Positions 50,291 to 64,000 of a DNA stretch of 64,000 nucleotides are shown one piece after another (within the stretch, counting starts at the first letter, position 1; each line of letters starts with the position of its first letter). The notes under the pieces are model-generated. The model saw only the letters and a program-made list of their open reading frames with translations. It did not search any database and had not been told where the DNA came from. The position numbers were made by a program, and so were the translations under genes. The stretch comes from Haplodiscus bocki (taxonomy: Eukaryota). The stretch is taken from the NCBI GenBank assembly GCA_965655095.1, contig OZ296648.1:13392001-13456000 (forward strand), written 5' to 3'.

Positions 50291-51491
50291 TTGTTTGTGA
50301 GTTGAACGGTAATTGTCCACCTTTTGAGCTATTTCTTCCTTTTACTTCGCAATTGCGTGTTGTATGGTTTGGAAAACCACAAATGTAGCAAACTTTTTGA
50401 GAAAATGCGGTGATTTCAAGGTATCCGTCATAATTTCCAGAATTTACTGTTGTTTCATTACTTGATTTTTTTTGTCTGAAGCTGTCGTTGTTGTAATTAT
50501 TGTCGTTGTTGTAGTTACTATTGAAGCTACTTGAAGTTTGTCCCCGATAACTTCCTCTATAGTTATATCTCCCACGAATATTTCCTCTTTTATTATTTCC
50601 AAACCTTCCGCGACTATTTCCTCTACAAGTAGTTCCTCTGTTGTTGTATCTACCTCGATAATTATCTCTACCTCTCTGCTTTTGATAATTATTCTGGTCG
50701 TTTGTTCTGGAATTGCTTGGAGATTTTTGGGTGTTGAGTTTTTCAGTGAGAGCATCCAGTTTCGTTTCAAATGAGGTTTGATTTTCTGACATTTGTTTTA
50801 TGACGTTCAAAAAATGTCCCATATTATCATTATTCATTTCATTTAATCCATATCGCGATCCGTCATCTACTGGACAAAGTTCTCTCAAAATCAATTTTTG
50901 TCTCGCTTCCGTGCATAGATCTTGGGTTGTGGCGTTTTCTGTTTCTTCCAGGAGTTTAAGTCTGATAAATTTTGGCATTGCTTTCTTGAAAAGTCTAAGG
51001 ACGTGTCTATTTCTTTCCATTGTTGCGAATTTTCTCGTAATCTCATTTCATCTCTGTTCTCTGTCAACTCTCTGTTGATCATTTTCGACTTCTTCATTGA
51101 GTGGCTCAACCGGCAAATTTACTGGTGGAGGATAAGATTTCAATGCTAAAATTTTAAGTTTTACCACGAATTCTTCCGGTGAATCTGTGTTGTTATTGAA
51201 TTTGAGATTTTCCAAATTGATATCTTGGATTTCATTCAAATTCGGATTACAAAAGTGATCTTCCAAGGCTGTCAATATCAGTTCTAGATCACGTTTGGTT
51301 TCGTCATCTAGTGTGTGAAAGAATTGAAGTGCTGCGTCATACAGTTGTAACTTCCAGTGGTTTACTTTTCTGTATGCGTTTATTTTTGCCACGTCAACTA
51401 AGCTACGAAAAAGTGACTAAAAATCTGTCCAATTTTCTGTTGAAGAAACTCCAAATTTTTGAATCGATACGAGTGATGCTGCTGCGGCCAT
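50280..51491 (-). pseudogene. gag: gag of element 2 (frameshifted)
   Basis: ORFs 51048-51392 and 50280-51020 are homologous to element 1 gag, with knuckle CYICGFPNHTTRNC. Confidence 0.92.
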
Positions 51492-52093
51492 ATTTATGAA
51501 TTTCTTAAAATTCGGCGATTCGTTTCAATAAATCTACCGAAAGCGTTCAGTTCAGTTAACATCAGCAAGAAGTCAGAATTTTGTGATACCTAAAAAGAAA
51601 CTTAAGAGGCAATGAGTAGTGGAAGAAAATAACAACTACTGCTTCAATATCGAATCACTGCATGCGCTCCTTGATAAATGAGGATAGGCAATTGATGAAC
51701 TCAGTATTTTGAGAACAACTTGAGCCGTTATGAATTTTAGCACTGCTTAAGGTCCTAAAATTTTTTTGTTGGACTTAGAGGCTGCTAGATGTTTGTTATT
51801 TTTCACTGATTGTAGTTTCTGTGAGAGAAAAATCACGTCACTCAAAAAATCCCAAAAATTCCTCTTTTCCGGCCACTCGGAATAGCTGTTTTTCGAATAG
51901 GGTGCCATCTGGGGTTTTAGTAGCGTTCGTCTTGTATCCTGTCTTCTAAGAGTAGTCCTTCTTGTCTTCTTTTTCGTTGTTTGACAAGATCGTACAGCTC
52001 GTCTGTTCTATTGCACATCAACGAATACAGTTGACTTATGTTGGGCTGCTGTGATTTACAACGTTGGAGATCTTCGTGCACGAGCTGTCACCA

Positions 52094-52531
52094 TCTAACG
52101 TTATCAACGTTCTTGTTTTGTTTTAGAGTTTTGTAATTTACTTATGAGGCGAGAGCGGTTTTTGATTATTTAATTTTACTTTAAAATTTTATGTTCTTAT
52201 GGATGCGGGTTCACCGAGTGGATTCCAACGAAGTTCTCAGCAGCTTGAGCCAAAAGGGTGAGTATCAGTAATCAACTTTATTATTTAATATCCAAATTTT
52301 TTAGTGACCAAAGTTAAAGATTATGTCGTATTCATATACAAAGGTTTAAAGTTCTTTAGTTTATCATAATCAGTCAACAGGAAGTTTGACAATTTTGTTT
52401 TTCTCAGGCATCTCTCTGGCGCCCAATTAAGTTGTCAGTTTTACTTAAGAATAATTTCTTGGGGCTCTTTCTGAGATAAGTTTCTTGCTTCAGCTGTCAT
52501 CGTAACTGTCATCGGAACATGGAATGTTATA
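52094..52531 (-). repeat. 5' LTR of element 2
   Basis: Direct repeat of 36207-36642, followed by the PBS ending at 52093. The terminal TG has mutated to TA. Confidence 0.92.
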
Positions 52532-53099
52532 AAAAGATTCATAGTTGGGTTTTTCTGGTTTTTTTTGTCAGAAAGTTCAGTGACTCGATGTTTTTTGATC
52601 CATTTAGATCAGGGGTGAGGTTTCTTCCGCACTTTTGATTTTCCGCTTTCATCATGTTACATTTCCTATTTGCAAGCCCAGCATGTCATCAAAAATCAAA
52701 AGGGTGACTCCGATTTTGATATGAGATGATGAAACCCAGCATTCAAAAAAGGCTGATCTTGAAAGCTTCTACAACATAATCTCCCTTGAATACTGAACTG
52801 ACATGCTTTGTTACATACTAAGTCAACGATCCCGTTCTTTCTTCAAAGTAGTTTGAGAACGGCTACTAGTTGTCTGATTCCATTGAAAGGCAACGCAAAG
52901 TAAAAGAAGCGAACAGTACTGTTTCGCAACTTTTGGGAATTTCGAAAGTTGTTTTTTTTGTCCTCTTACAGGGATGAAAGTGACAATCTCTAGCTACCAC
53001 TTATAGCTGGACACTTGCGAAGCCTGCGGTTATTCCCTGCGTGACGGAAAGACACCCCAAGGCTCAGAATGAAACTCAAAACTTTCTTTTTCATAAGAA

Positions 53100-53500
53100 A
53101 AACCGATAAAAGTAATAAAAGATTGTTAGCGGCCATCAAAATGGAAAATCGTGAGGATCATCCCAGGAAGTCGGGCTGGGAACACGAAGACTCCTAGAAT
53201 TCAGGAGGAATACATTTTTCAGGTGTCAAAGGAGATTGAAGGTAGAGCGACAAAAAACTCTCTCAGGAATTCAGTAGGACAGAGAGCCCCATTTTGGGTG
53301 AACTGTTCAATTTAGATGAAATTCTTCTGAAGCCACAAGCCCGGGTTCACTCCAGACCAAGTCCGGAGGCATCCCGGAACACAAATAGAGAACCACAAAA
53401 AATGATGGTCGTTCCAAGAATGATCCTCTTCCTGAGCTTGGCGTCTCTTTGAGCCAGTCCTCACAAAAGTTCAGCTCAAACAAGGCTTCCTGCACCACAT
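53100..53500 (+). repeat. Diverged copy of a coding-derived interspersed repeat (homolog at 55539-55900)
   Basis: Decayed EEYIFQVSKEIEGRATKK.SQEFSRTESPILGEL..LDE matches the 55539-55900 translation. Confidence 0.7.
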
Positions 53501-55538
53501 TCCTATTCTCGGTCCAAAAATTTGTCCAAAAAATTTCTACTATGAAGGCGCATAGGTGGAGGTTCTAAAAAGAAGGTGCCGCTAACCCGTAGCAAAATAG
53601 CGGCAGTTACCGAACTTTCGGAGCCAAATACCGCTTTGAACAGATTATCTCTAATCAAAGGTGTTTTCGTGATATGTATTACGTTTCTGAGCTGAACCCG
53701 AAAACTATATTTCTTTCTAGAAGCTAAAGAGGAAGAACAGTAGAATCTAGAAAAGCTCCGAAATTCAATATTCAGTGAAGAAAACTTCTCTACAGTCCTC
53801 AAAATGATAGCAGATGTACAAACCAAAGATCATGGTTTTCCATGCAAAATTTTTTTGCTTGCCTTGGGACCAAAAATTTGAACTTCACAGGAAATTTCCC
53901 TATTTCAGTCGCATTCTACTGCAAATTTGCTAGAAGTTGTAGATAAAAAATAGTCAAGATCAAAAAGTCTCCGAAGTCGATTGGCAAGTCAGCGAAGAAA
54001 ACGTTAGAATTGACCGCACTGATTGCATGACTCTCCTTTCATATCATGAACATGGGCGGTAAACAATAAAACGGTCCTCTTTTCTTTGAAACTCATTTTG
54101 TTTTCGAAATGCTTCACAGTTTAAAACCTGGTCTCCCCAATGTGAGACTTTCTGATTAGAGTGTTTTATTGCAAGTTGAGACACATCAGCACAAATTGAC
54201 TGATAAGTGTCGCAGTACGCCCGCGAGGCTTGCGGACAGTCGCTCCTTGAAACGAAGGACACCCCAGGTTTGTCGTCAACAAACTAAACACTCAAGACTG
54301 AAAACTTCATACATGTATTTCAATATTTGTATATAAAGGATACGTAGTAGCTACGAATCAATCCCATGCACATACATGAAATTCATGTCAGTGATACGTA
54401 GTGTTGACGTATAGTTCCATATTATTCACTCCATGCAAAAAGCACGTATTCTATACGTGCACTTATGGTGTATTGATCCGGATTGAGACGGAACAACTAC
54501 GGAACAAACGGATATTCAGTTATTTTCCCCTGTGCATTTTTATATCATCAATAGGTGCTATATTTATAATCAATCTAGCTAATTTTTAAATATATCCACC
54601 CTTGTGATTTAGCTTGTGCAGTAATTCAAATTAAAATTGACAGTGCCAATGAGTTTGCAGTATTTGTTCAACTATATTTAAAGATCGTGACTTTGAAAGT
54701 TAATAGTTTTTCCGTATGTGTTCCATCGTAACCAATCTGGTGACGTCACCTAGAATTTAATCCAATCTGCTGTGCTGCTACGATGTGCCGTTTTGGAGGA
54801 ACATGGAACGGTCACGTAGCCACCCATTTCATTCATCTCAGTAGCACTGCGAAGAACAGTGCTATAAGCGGCTGCGTGATGGTTCCGGAAAGCTTCGGCC
54901 AAAATGAGAAACCAGTTAGTAGAAACGAGGAACGCACTAAGAAAAAGGCCTAGTTTTGATCCCAGCAGTAGATTTAATGCAATATGTAAACGATGCAATA
55001 TGTAAACACAAACATGAACTTTTTCCATCAGTTTTATGTATTTTATTTTAATTTATGCTACTTATATGTGTTGCTTTTTTTAGTACTTTCCTCTTATGGA
55101 ATATCTGTTTGATCTTTTGTTTATTTTTTTTATTTATTGTGTCGGCGCGGGAATAAGCCTTTAATGTCCATTTCTAACGGTTGATACCCGTAAATATATC
55201 TGTCGAAAGATGGAAAAGACGCGGTCTATGAAAAAAAAATGGACAGAAAGTTGTTTCTTTCCCGCCAGAGTCGGCAGTTTTCCTCGGTAAATAATATGAT
55301 TCAAGTACTTTTCTTTTTTGTACCTTGAATTGGCGTTTAGACAATTTTGTTTCCCGCTAAGGAAAAGGTATAAATTAGTATATAAATTGCGGCCTTTCCG
55401 GTATGGTACTCAAATTTTCCATCCATAACTGTTTGCTACTATTGAAACCTTTTCCCTCATAAAAAGAGGAGATCAACGATTTGTTGAGGAAATAAAAATC
55501 AATTCAGTATACACAACCGACAAACTTTTCCCTGAGAA

Positions 55539-55900
55539 TGATGGCAACATTGAGAAATAAGAGAAAATTAGCGGCAGTTTCGAGAGATACACCAGAAAAC
55601 ACAAGGAACAGAACAGACTTAATCCGGGGATGGCTGAAGAGTACATCACCCATTTCTGAGGAAATTGAAGCGAGGGTCACTAAAAAACTCCCAGGAATTT
55701 AGCCGGACTGAGTCACGTATTTTGGGTGCTTTGTCTAAACTTGATCAATTTCTGCTGAATGCACAAGTTCGGACCAGAGACAACCGCTCAGAAAACCGGG
55801 AAGCCACAAGGGATCGTTCCCTGAGTGATCCCTATCCCGAAGTGGAGTTCTCTGCCTGTTGTACCAGTAACCTAACTGAATCAGATCAGGAAGAGAGACC
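55539..55900 (+). repeat. Coding-derived interspersed repeat (probable TE ORF1/gag fragment)
   Basis: MATLRNKRKLAAVSR...EEYIT..SEEIE.RVTKK.SQEFSRTESRILGALSKLD.FLLN, with a second diverged copy at ~53100-53500. Confidence 0.65.
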
Positions 55901-56861
55901 CATCACAATAAAGCTGCAAAATAAATTTCATTTTTTAATGGTACGAGTCCCAAGCCCTGGACCATCAGCAAATCACTGACAAAAAGAGTGATTTTCCCTT
56001 AAAAGGTCCCTTAAAAACCATAGAAAGCTTATTATTGCAACCCGTGAAACAAACGGAGCTTGAGAAATCGAAAGCAAATGACCAAAATTTGAATCAACTA
56101 ACAGCCTAAGTGAGATTAAGATTTTTCGTACTCGTTAAAACCCTTTCTCATCACTTTAGGAGTTTTATGTAGTTCGACTCAAACTACAACTCAAGCATAG
56201 CATCTGAAAAAATAGAAGCAGCACAAAAAATATTATTCTCTGTGGTGACGATGGGGAACATTTCTGAAGGCTTCCACCTATTTTGATGACTAAGCTCCTT
56301 CACAACTACTTCCGCTTCCGTTCTGGACTTGACCTGGTGGTATGCGACGAACGGCTCATCCCAAGTGGAATATGGTGGATCAAGTTGGAAGAATATGAAA
56401 AATTTTAGAAGATCAAAATGTGGACATTTACCATAGCAACGCAATCAGCCATTTTTCGGTTTTCAAATTGAAAGCAACTATACGGAACAATTGGAGCACT
56501 GATGGGTGCTTTCCAGTCATGGTTGTTCTCAAGTTTCTGAACGGATTATTTTGATATTTTTCAATCTTTTGAAATTTCCGACTCCTCGTCTTCCTTTGTT
56601 TTTCAATTGCTTCATTTTGACGCTAGCCTAAAAGTTATAAAGAGGATTGCTACAGTTTTGCTCACACATGGACTAATACGGATAAACTTTGATTGAAACT
56701 TGAGAAACGCTTTTGCGCTCGGGAGCAGGAGGATAAAGTGAAAAATTTGAATTGAGCAAAATTTTTTTCGAGGAGTTTCGAGCTGTAATCTGAGGGTAAA
56801 TATTTTTTAGCTTAGTGGTTGTTTAAGCAGCTTTTTAAAATAAAATGCCAAATAACGAATT

Positions 56862-56929
56862 CGCGGGAATCGAACCCACATCTCTCATAAGTTTCCAGCA
56901 AACGTGCCACCAACACACTAATTAGCCTG
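56862..56929 (-). other. tRNA-like Pol III head (SINE head or tRNA pseudogene)
   Basis: Minus strand GGCTAATTAGTGTGTTGG (A-box-like) ... GGGTTCGATTCCCG (B-box). No convincing acceptor or anticodon stem. Confidence 0.5.
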
Positions 56930-58649
56930 ACAATTTGAATCATCAATCATTTTCATATACCATCTGAGCAGCACAAATTACTAGTTTATTTATTCAAAAC
57001 TCATTCTCTCAATCTCAATAAACCCTCTTAAGTTATACACACACACACACAATTTAATAGACCCCAGATTTAACGGTCTTTTTTTCAACCGACCGAGTCT
57101 CTTCTGATTCCCTTGGGGTTCATCTTGGAACCTTCTGAGGCACTGCCGTCATGGCCTGTTAAAGCAAGTTTTTTGATTAAAGTATTAAACATTGACCGAG
57201 CGCGAAACGATCCTTATTGTTTTATATATTGGCCAGAAGATGTGCTGCCATTACATTAACTTTCCTGCCATCTTGACTCATTGCTGAACTTCATGTACCA
57301 ACTGAGCACAACTTACTACTCTTTCCATTGACAACTCATTCTGAAACTCATTAGTGGTGCGTATGATCGTTCATTCGTTGTAAATTTGTAAATATTCATG
57401 AAAGTCGTTTAGCAGACGAATATGTGTTTTTGTCTTACTAATAGAAGACTTTGATTTTTGTGAATACAAATAGTCAAAAATGAAATCTGTAAACATTTTC
57501 AGACGAGCTGAAACCTTATAAATATGGTACAATTTAATACCTGCCACACTTCCAAACAAAACGTGGGTAAAGATGACTTTGATTTCGCTCTCACCACAAC
57601 CAAGAACGAATTCTCCAATTTTTTCCAAAAATTTGTACATCAAGCTTTGAACAGACTCTAAGTAAAAGGGATAGGGTGACAAGCTGTCAAGTACGAGACC
57701 ACAGAAAATCCCTTACATTCTTGAATTCCCGCAGTTTTGATGCTCCAAACTCCAAGCTGGGCTCTGGGAGAAGGAAGATACTCTGCTAAACGTGAATAAT
57801 GGGACTTTTGATTACGGGACAGCAGATCCAAAAAAAATATGTTCCTCAGGTAGGCCCCAAAACCCGCTGAACCTTCCAAGCAAACCCCAAAAGTCATTTT
57901 AAAAACCCACTCTCATCGATCTCAACAACCCAATCCCAACCTAAAAAACAAAAAGACACCCAAAAACTCCCAAACAATTTTTAAAACCCAGCCATATTTA
58001 TTGCGGCAGCCCTAACCGCATTTTCGACCTTTAAAATTAACTTATAAAACCAAAATCAATTTAAAAAAATTTAAAAATTTCACTGGCCAACTCTAAACAG
58101 CATTCCTGGTAAAGAAACTAATTGAATAGACTTTTGTACAGATTTTCGGGAATACCATTTCTTCTCGACCCGATAGGATACGCCATTGAATCTGAACCAA
58201 TGCACCATGACGGTGTGCTACTGAAACAAGGGAAAAACTGACTATGTTTTTAAGATGACATTAACCAGTCCAAGGACATTAATTTGTCCGAAACTTGAAC
58301 CAGAAGTAAAATTTGACCTAATACAAGGTTTCTATGATCTTCTCATTGATTTTGATAGAAACACAGCTCGTCTTTATAAACAATGGAAGGACTATGAATG
58401 AACTAAAACATGAAAAATTGATGTTTTCTGTTTTCAGTGGTTTATGAGAGAAAATTTTTAAATGTGAAGATTGAGAAATTATGAAAAAAAATGCACGTTT
58501 TTTTTACGTGGGAATGAAAAAATTTATTTTTGTAAATGATTTTCAGTAGTTTCTATATAATTGTCTTGGGTTGGGCTCCGGACAACTATATAGTTAAATA
58601 AATAGAAACACTTCTTCAATTGAAACTGAAAATCTTTTCAAAAAAAGAT

Positions 58650-61600
58650 GCTGCATAAATAAAGTGTATAGCTTGTACATCTCGTATTTTTACAAATGAA
58701 GGAAAACAACATAATGCTGTTCATAATAAAATTTTGAAACTTTGATAAAAAATGTTAAATGAAATAATTGTGAAAAAGTTGTGATACAAACCAACAAAAC
58801 CGGTTGTTCACATACGAACACATGAAAAAACATAATTCGGGTGGAGGTAGAAATAGAAGAAGAAATACATTCTTTCTGTGAGTTGTAAACATTTTGATAA
58901 ATTTTCTAATGAGAGTCATCAGAAAATGTTAGATAGCCATTGAATTAAAATATTTGAATCAAAACGTAGATAAAAATTAAAATTTGTTCCAGAAGAAGAT
59001 GGAGATGAAAAAACCTTTTTTACAATATCAAATAGGTGTGAAGATATCTATGACCCAATAAATGAAAAAAAAGAATTCAATGATAAAAATCATGAATATG
59101 AAAAAGGAAAATGTGGTTTTAGTTATGATACTGTAGTACAATTACAAAAAAAATCGATACCACGATAAAGCGGCGTCTAGTTACTGCACATTACCTGAAA
59201 TTTATTGTGCTTCAAATCTAATGTAAACTGCGAAAGTACAGAAGAAATCTCTCGTTCTTTGCGCTGCGATTTACATAAAGCAGAAGCACTCCGTGAACGA
59301 GTATCACATTACAAAAAATTTTTTTACAGATTTTAATACAGGAAACATGCAATTTTCAAAAAAATTAAAGATATGAAACTATTTGAACGATTAAAAAACC
59401 TAAATGAAAATGATTATGGATTACAATCATTTAGCGACTTTTTACCAAAATAAGTTAACAAAATTTAATCTGAAGGACAAAAAGATAAATTAGGTTGCAA
59501 GAATTTTAATTCTTTAGTAATTAAAGTATGTAACTTTTGTTGGAAAAATAAATTGTTTAAACATCCATGTAGGAGATGTTTAAAAACAAATGGAAGCCAA
59601 TCACAATTTGAAAGGCATATGAGGAAGATATCTTGAAAAAAAAAGATTGTAAAGTTTTGTATCAGGATCCAGATAAAATAATAAAAATTAAAGATTGGTT
59701 TTTGATAATCAACCCAGCATTGTGGATAGATGTAGATTTTCAATGTGTAAACCTACCAGCATACAACTCACATCATGAAACGTTGTTTATAAACAAACCA
59801 ATAGCACTAACTCCTATCATAGGAGAAATTCCGTGCTACAAAAACTTAAAATTGGGAAAAGACAGATAAATTGAATATTTTGGAGAAGATTGTGTCGAAT
59901 GGTTTGTAAACGGGATGTTAAATATAAACTCTTATATGAAACATATATTTCGATGAAAGATTGAATTAATTCTTGATGCAATACATTATGACCTTGAAAA
60001 ATATAATTGTTGGTTATGTGGGAAAGATTTCGTAACGGATGGTGACGATGGTGGCTCAGAGAGGCATGATTGCTTCGCGAACGGTGAAAAATTCCGTTTC
60101 TGAAGATCATTGTCATTAAGCAGGTAAAAACAGAGGACTGGCCAACAATAAATGTAACATAACGACCCAAAAAATATGCTTAATTTGTTGCATTATTTTT
60201 CACTAAACTTTCTGAATACGATTGTCGCCAATTTTCTGTAAAACTAATTAAAGTTACTGGAAGAAAAAATAAACAAAAGAAGGAAATAAGAGATAAAATA
60301 GCAAAATCAGCTGAAAGCTACAACTCTCCAAAATTAAGATGCTCGAAATTGTTGGATTCTTTCATGCTTTTGACGGCTGGGTGAAATAACTAATCAAAAC
60401 TAATAACAGTTCGCATAATTTAGATGCAGTTGGAATAAAAAACGATCTTTTTGAACAGAAAATATCCCGACCATGCGAAAATTTTTGATTTATCAAATCT
60501 TTTTCTGAACCAATTGAAACTAAAACGGAGACTATTCTATTGAGCGATAAAACAACATACGCAAAGTAATAGAGAAATACCAAGAACAGAAACTCTACAG
60601 GATCTCACAGAAAGCACTTGAAACAGAAACTCCAATACATCTAAGTATTATGTTCTACTTCTGGCAGATATATTCCAAAATATTGAAGATACATGTAAAT
60701 CTGCATATGGTGTTAATCTGTTTCATACTAATAGTACGAATAGTCACTACATGAAAGCTGGCCTGAAATTTACTGAAGTAAATTTTTTTAAAAAAACGGA
60801 TGACAAACTCAGATCTTAAATTGAAAAATAAATGAGAGATGGTCCTGCTTTTGTAATGGCAAATCAGTCTGTAAAACGAATTGATTGATGAGAAAGACAA
60901 TTTTGGGTTATTAAAAAATTATATAGAAGAAGCGTGTCAGAGTGTCTGCCAACAAGAACTCTTTGAAGTTGAAGTCAACGAAAGAAACCAAAACATACCA
61001 CTAAATTCAACCTCGAAACCTCGAAATGATTATTTACTTGGATAGTTATTCAGAGGTGATACAAAATATCAACCAACAATACATTAGAAAGAAAAATCTC
61101 CCATTTTCTACAGGGAAACAACAATCACAAGAAAAGATTTGTCAGGTTAGTTGATGGAAATTAAATCAATGATTTTCACACCTAGTGAAACAATTAACAA
61201 ACAAAATTTAAACATTCAGAGAATTAAGATTTTATATGAGACATAGAATGTTAGTTACAAAACTATAACCTGCTTACCGGTTTGCCCAATGACGATGGCT
61301 AGCGAAGTTAATTGGAAATAAAACGTAGCAGCCAGCCAAATTGAAAAACAATTTTGAAAAACTTTTTAGGCATTACTGGTCAATGCTTTCTACGCACAAA
61401 CAATGGAAAAAAACCAGGAAACATGTTAACTTTGATCTGATTGACCAAACCGACATATGGAGAGATTTCAAAAGACAACCAAAAAACATTTTATCACAAT
61501 GTAGGAGAAAAAGAAAAATTTACTGTGCACTCATTCAATAGGAAAAAAGATGACGTGTACCCCACCTAGTTTTGTGGCGTTTTGTGTTTTGGTTTCATCA

Positions 61601-62120
61601 ATAATACTGAAGAATCATTGGTACTACTTTAAGGTACTCCCTTTTTTGCAGAAGATAATGTAGAATCTTCTGAAAAATAAGAGTGCATGAATAAAGATCC
61701 TTTTTGAATTTCATATACACCAAGTAAAGTTTTATTCAATGATTTAAATTAATTTGGTAAAGATTGAAGCATTAGCGAGTTAGATCCATCACATGGAGTT
61801 TTTTCGCAAAACAAAACAAAAAAGTGAAAGAAGAAATGACACATCAATCTTTCTAAGATTTTGAATTAGACCAGGCCGTGTTTTTAAGTAGTAAATTTTA
61901 CAAAATTAATAAACCATCGAACTCAATTGAAACAAAACAACAAAGATTACTATCACATAATGGATACACTTTACAGGAACATATTTATTGTTTGGGAAAG
62001 AATGATACGTTTTGAGGATTATATTATTCCATTAGAATTACAAAACTTGAAAATTCAACGGTGGAAGAACAATGTAAATTTTTAAGCACATTTGATGACA
62101 AAGTTGTTATAATGATTTTT
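58650..62120 (+). pseudogene. Highly decayed protein-primed DNA polymerase B of a Polinton/Maverick-like element
   Basis: Collinear relic motifs across frameshifts: CWLC (~60010), DHCH..GK.RGLA..KCN (~60105), LSEYD, LLDSF, VLLLADIFQN (~60650), NAFYAQTME (~61382), FDDK (~62091). Start is approximate. Confidence 0.7.
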
Positions 62121-62999
62121 TCGAAAGTGTGCCGTGGGGTCAATATTAACATGGATATGTTCTTTTTCGAAAAATGATCAACAGAAGCACGAGTATTTTG
62201 TTAAGAAAGTTTCTGCTTGTCCCTCAAAAAAGAATTATGTTGATAGAGAAACTAATCTAATTTGCATTGAGATCGACCTGGAGAATGAATTTAAGAGACC
62301 TGAGCGACAATGGCCCGAAAGATATTGAAAGGTTATAGATATATCTTAATAGTGATTAATAAGTTTCGTACTTTTAGATAGACAATTTGACTCAAAAACA
62401 AAGCGCAAACAACGAAAAACTCCGTTCGAAACCTCCTTAAGCCCACAAAAAGGAAATAAAAAACAATTGAGACTGATGATTGAAAAGAATTTGTCAGCGA
62501 AAGTGTTACTGTTTTCTTAATAGAAAATAACATTGTGAGATATATTCGCCAATTCGAAGTGTGCAATTTTCTATGAAAGACTTCTTAAAAAATTATACAG
62601 GTCTCCTTTAAAAGCTTGTTTTTGATGAATGTAACGAAAAAATGTTAGCTCAAAAAAATTTAGTGACAACGAAAGCTAACAAAAAACCTTTTTGCAATGA
62701 GATTAACACCACTTCAGACAAGGAGGATTATGTTTACATGAATTTACTAGACAAAAAAGAAAATTAAACTGGAATTTGAAAAAGGAGACTTTGTTAGGAC
62801 TGGAGACAAAAGAAAATTTGCTAAAGGTTGTGCTACAAGATAGAGCTATAAGTTGTATTCAATTACCAAAAAGTATTGAAGATACCATACTGAATTCCCA
62901 CGTAAAAAGTTGACGTGAAAAATACAGAGAAAGTTTGCTAAACAAATCAAAACTCATAAAGGAAAAAGTTGAAAAGTCATGAAGAGATAATTTTAGAAT

Positions 63000-64000
63000 C
63001 AGAACCAATTTGGTTCAAAATGACTTTGTCCATCACTGCCAACTGATAATTTCGTTATGGTAAAAGCAAGAGCATAACCAGTTAATTGTACATCAGCGGG
63101 AGTTTCAAGTCGAAAATCAATTTTCGTTTTTATAGGTTCTGAGGCGGTATAATTTTTTGGTAACGTATGTCAAAAACATGAAAAATATATAATTTTTGCG
63201 GTTTAAAGAGTTCGATGTAAAACGAAGTTGACGGATGCTATCGCTGGACAAAGTTTAAAACATGATACAGTCTCGCCGTAAGCTTTCGAAAGTTTTTCAA
63301 CCGGGTAATTTCAATTTAATCCTGCATCTGGATTCTTTTAATTTGCAATGTTATATTGGGCGTTTAGAATTGAAGATCTATAGAATACGTCGTTATCCAT
63401 AATTTAAGCACCTAAACGCCTTTGGTCTTGAAAACCTACTATACCGAGAATAAGTACATTAATTCCACTTTCACCAGCTTGTTCAAAAGTCCGATTGTTT
63501 TCGTTAAATACAATTTTATTTGAAACTGATGTTCCAATGGATGTTACATCTGGTGCGGCTTTCGATATATTATGCTGTGATAAGAATGTAACACGGGGTA
63601 TATCTGCTTTATAATAAAGTACATACCAACTAACATCAACTGTAATTTTTCTTCCCCTCACGGCTACAATGGTATCAGTAATTTGAACTTAATTAGGCAC
63701 AGGTGTAGCTGGAAGAAATAGGCCATTTGGATAGTTTACAACATTTTGATCAAAGTTTGTTTTTGGTTAGTTCATATCCTAAACCATATGTTTCATTTTC
63801 TTAAAGTTCAGAATAACCGAAACTGTCTTCTAAACAAATTCTGACAAGAATTATCCCTCTCCTGGGGCTTCTTCCTGTATAGCCAGTTCTAGTTTACGTC
63901 TTGCATTATTTCCATAAAATCCAATCAATAAATCATTTATGTCTTTGCTACTAGTTTTTATGTTATACATTAGGCAAACACCATGAACGTAAGCAAAACT
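63000..64000 (-). pseudogene. Decayed putative major capsid protein of a Polinton/Maverick-like element; continues beyond the window
   Basis: ESGINVLILGIVGFQDQRR....DNDVFYRSSILNAQYNI resembles the IVGFQ...ND.F.R....AQ segment I associate with Polinton-like capsids. It lies convergent to the pPolB relic. Confidence 0.45.

Larger units (their letters stand above)
36207..52531 (-). mobile_element. Element 2: env-bearing Ty3/Gypsy LTR retroelement related to element 1, ~16.3 kb, more decayed, with extra cargo
   Basis: LTRs at 36207-36642 and 52094-52531, PBS ending 52093, PPT at 36643-36656. gag, pol, macrodomain, accessory ORFs and env are collinear with element 1. Confidence 0.95.

Noticed and set aside
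56862-56929. Functional tRNA gene
   Set aside because: A/B-box-like motifs are present but no cloverleaf stems.
54044-57897. Short minus-strand ORFs (54044-54262, 56184-56444, 57371-57897) as host exons or a second pPolB
   Set aside because: No recognisable domain or consistent splice structure; the resemblance is too weak.

Overview
This is eukaryotic (metazoan, probably invertebrate), AT-rich genomic DNA made almost entirely of mobile elements. The only recognisable host gene is the first coding exon of a cAMP-dependent protein kinase type I regulatory subunit (6913-7071, minus strand). The window is dominated by two related, decayed, env-bearing Ty3/Gypsy-type LTR retroelements on the minus strand: element 1 (13892-27170, complete, 424-bp LTRs, 5-bp TSD CACTG) and element 2 (36207-52531, plus a truncated tandem leader at 35736-36206). 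Both share the layout gag / -1 frameshift / PR-RT-RH-IN fused to a TARG1/OARD1-like macrodomain / two small, mutually paralogous accessory ORFs of unknown function / variable region / spliced class I fusion (F-like) env. Element 2 also carries an antisense JmjC-like (KDM2/KDM7-type Fe(II)/2OG oxygenase) gene in its variable region. Together they look like a complex endogenous retrovirus-like family with putative counter-defence cargo. Other elements: a Merlin/IS1595-like DNA transposon with TIRs and an 8-bp TSD, a 5'-truncated CRE-type non-LTR element, a PHD-ORF1 LINE 5' fragment flanked by a ~258-bp duplication, a tRNA-like Pol III head, and a highly decayed Polinton/Maverick-like pPolB and capsid region. 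All protein family calls are motif recognition by eye; no searches were run.
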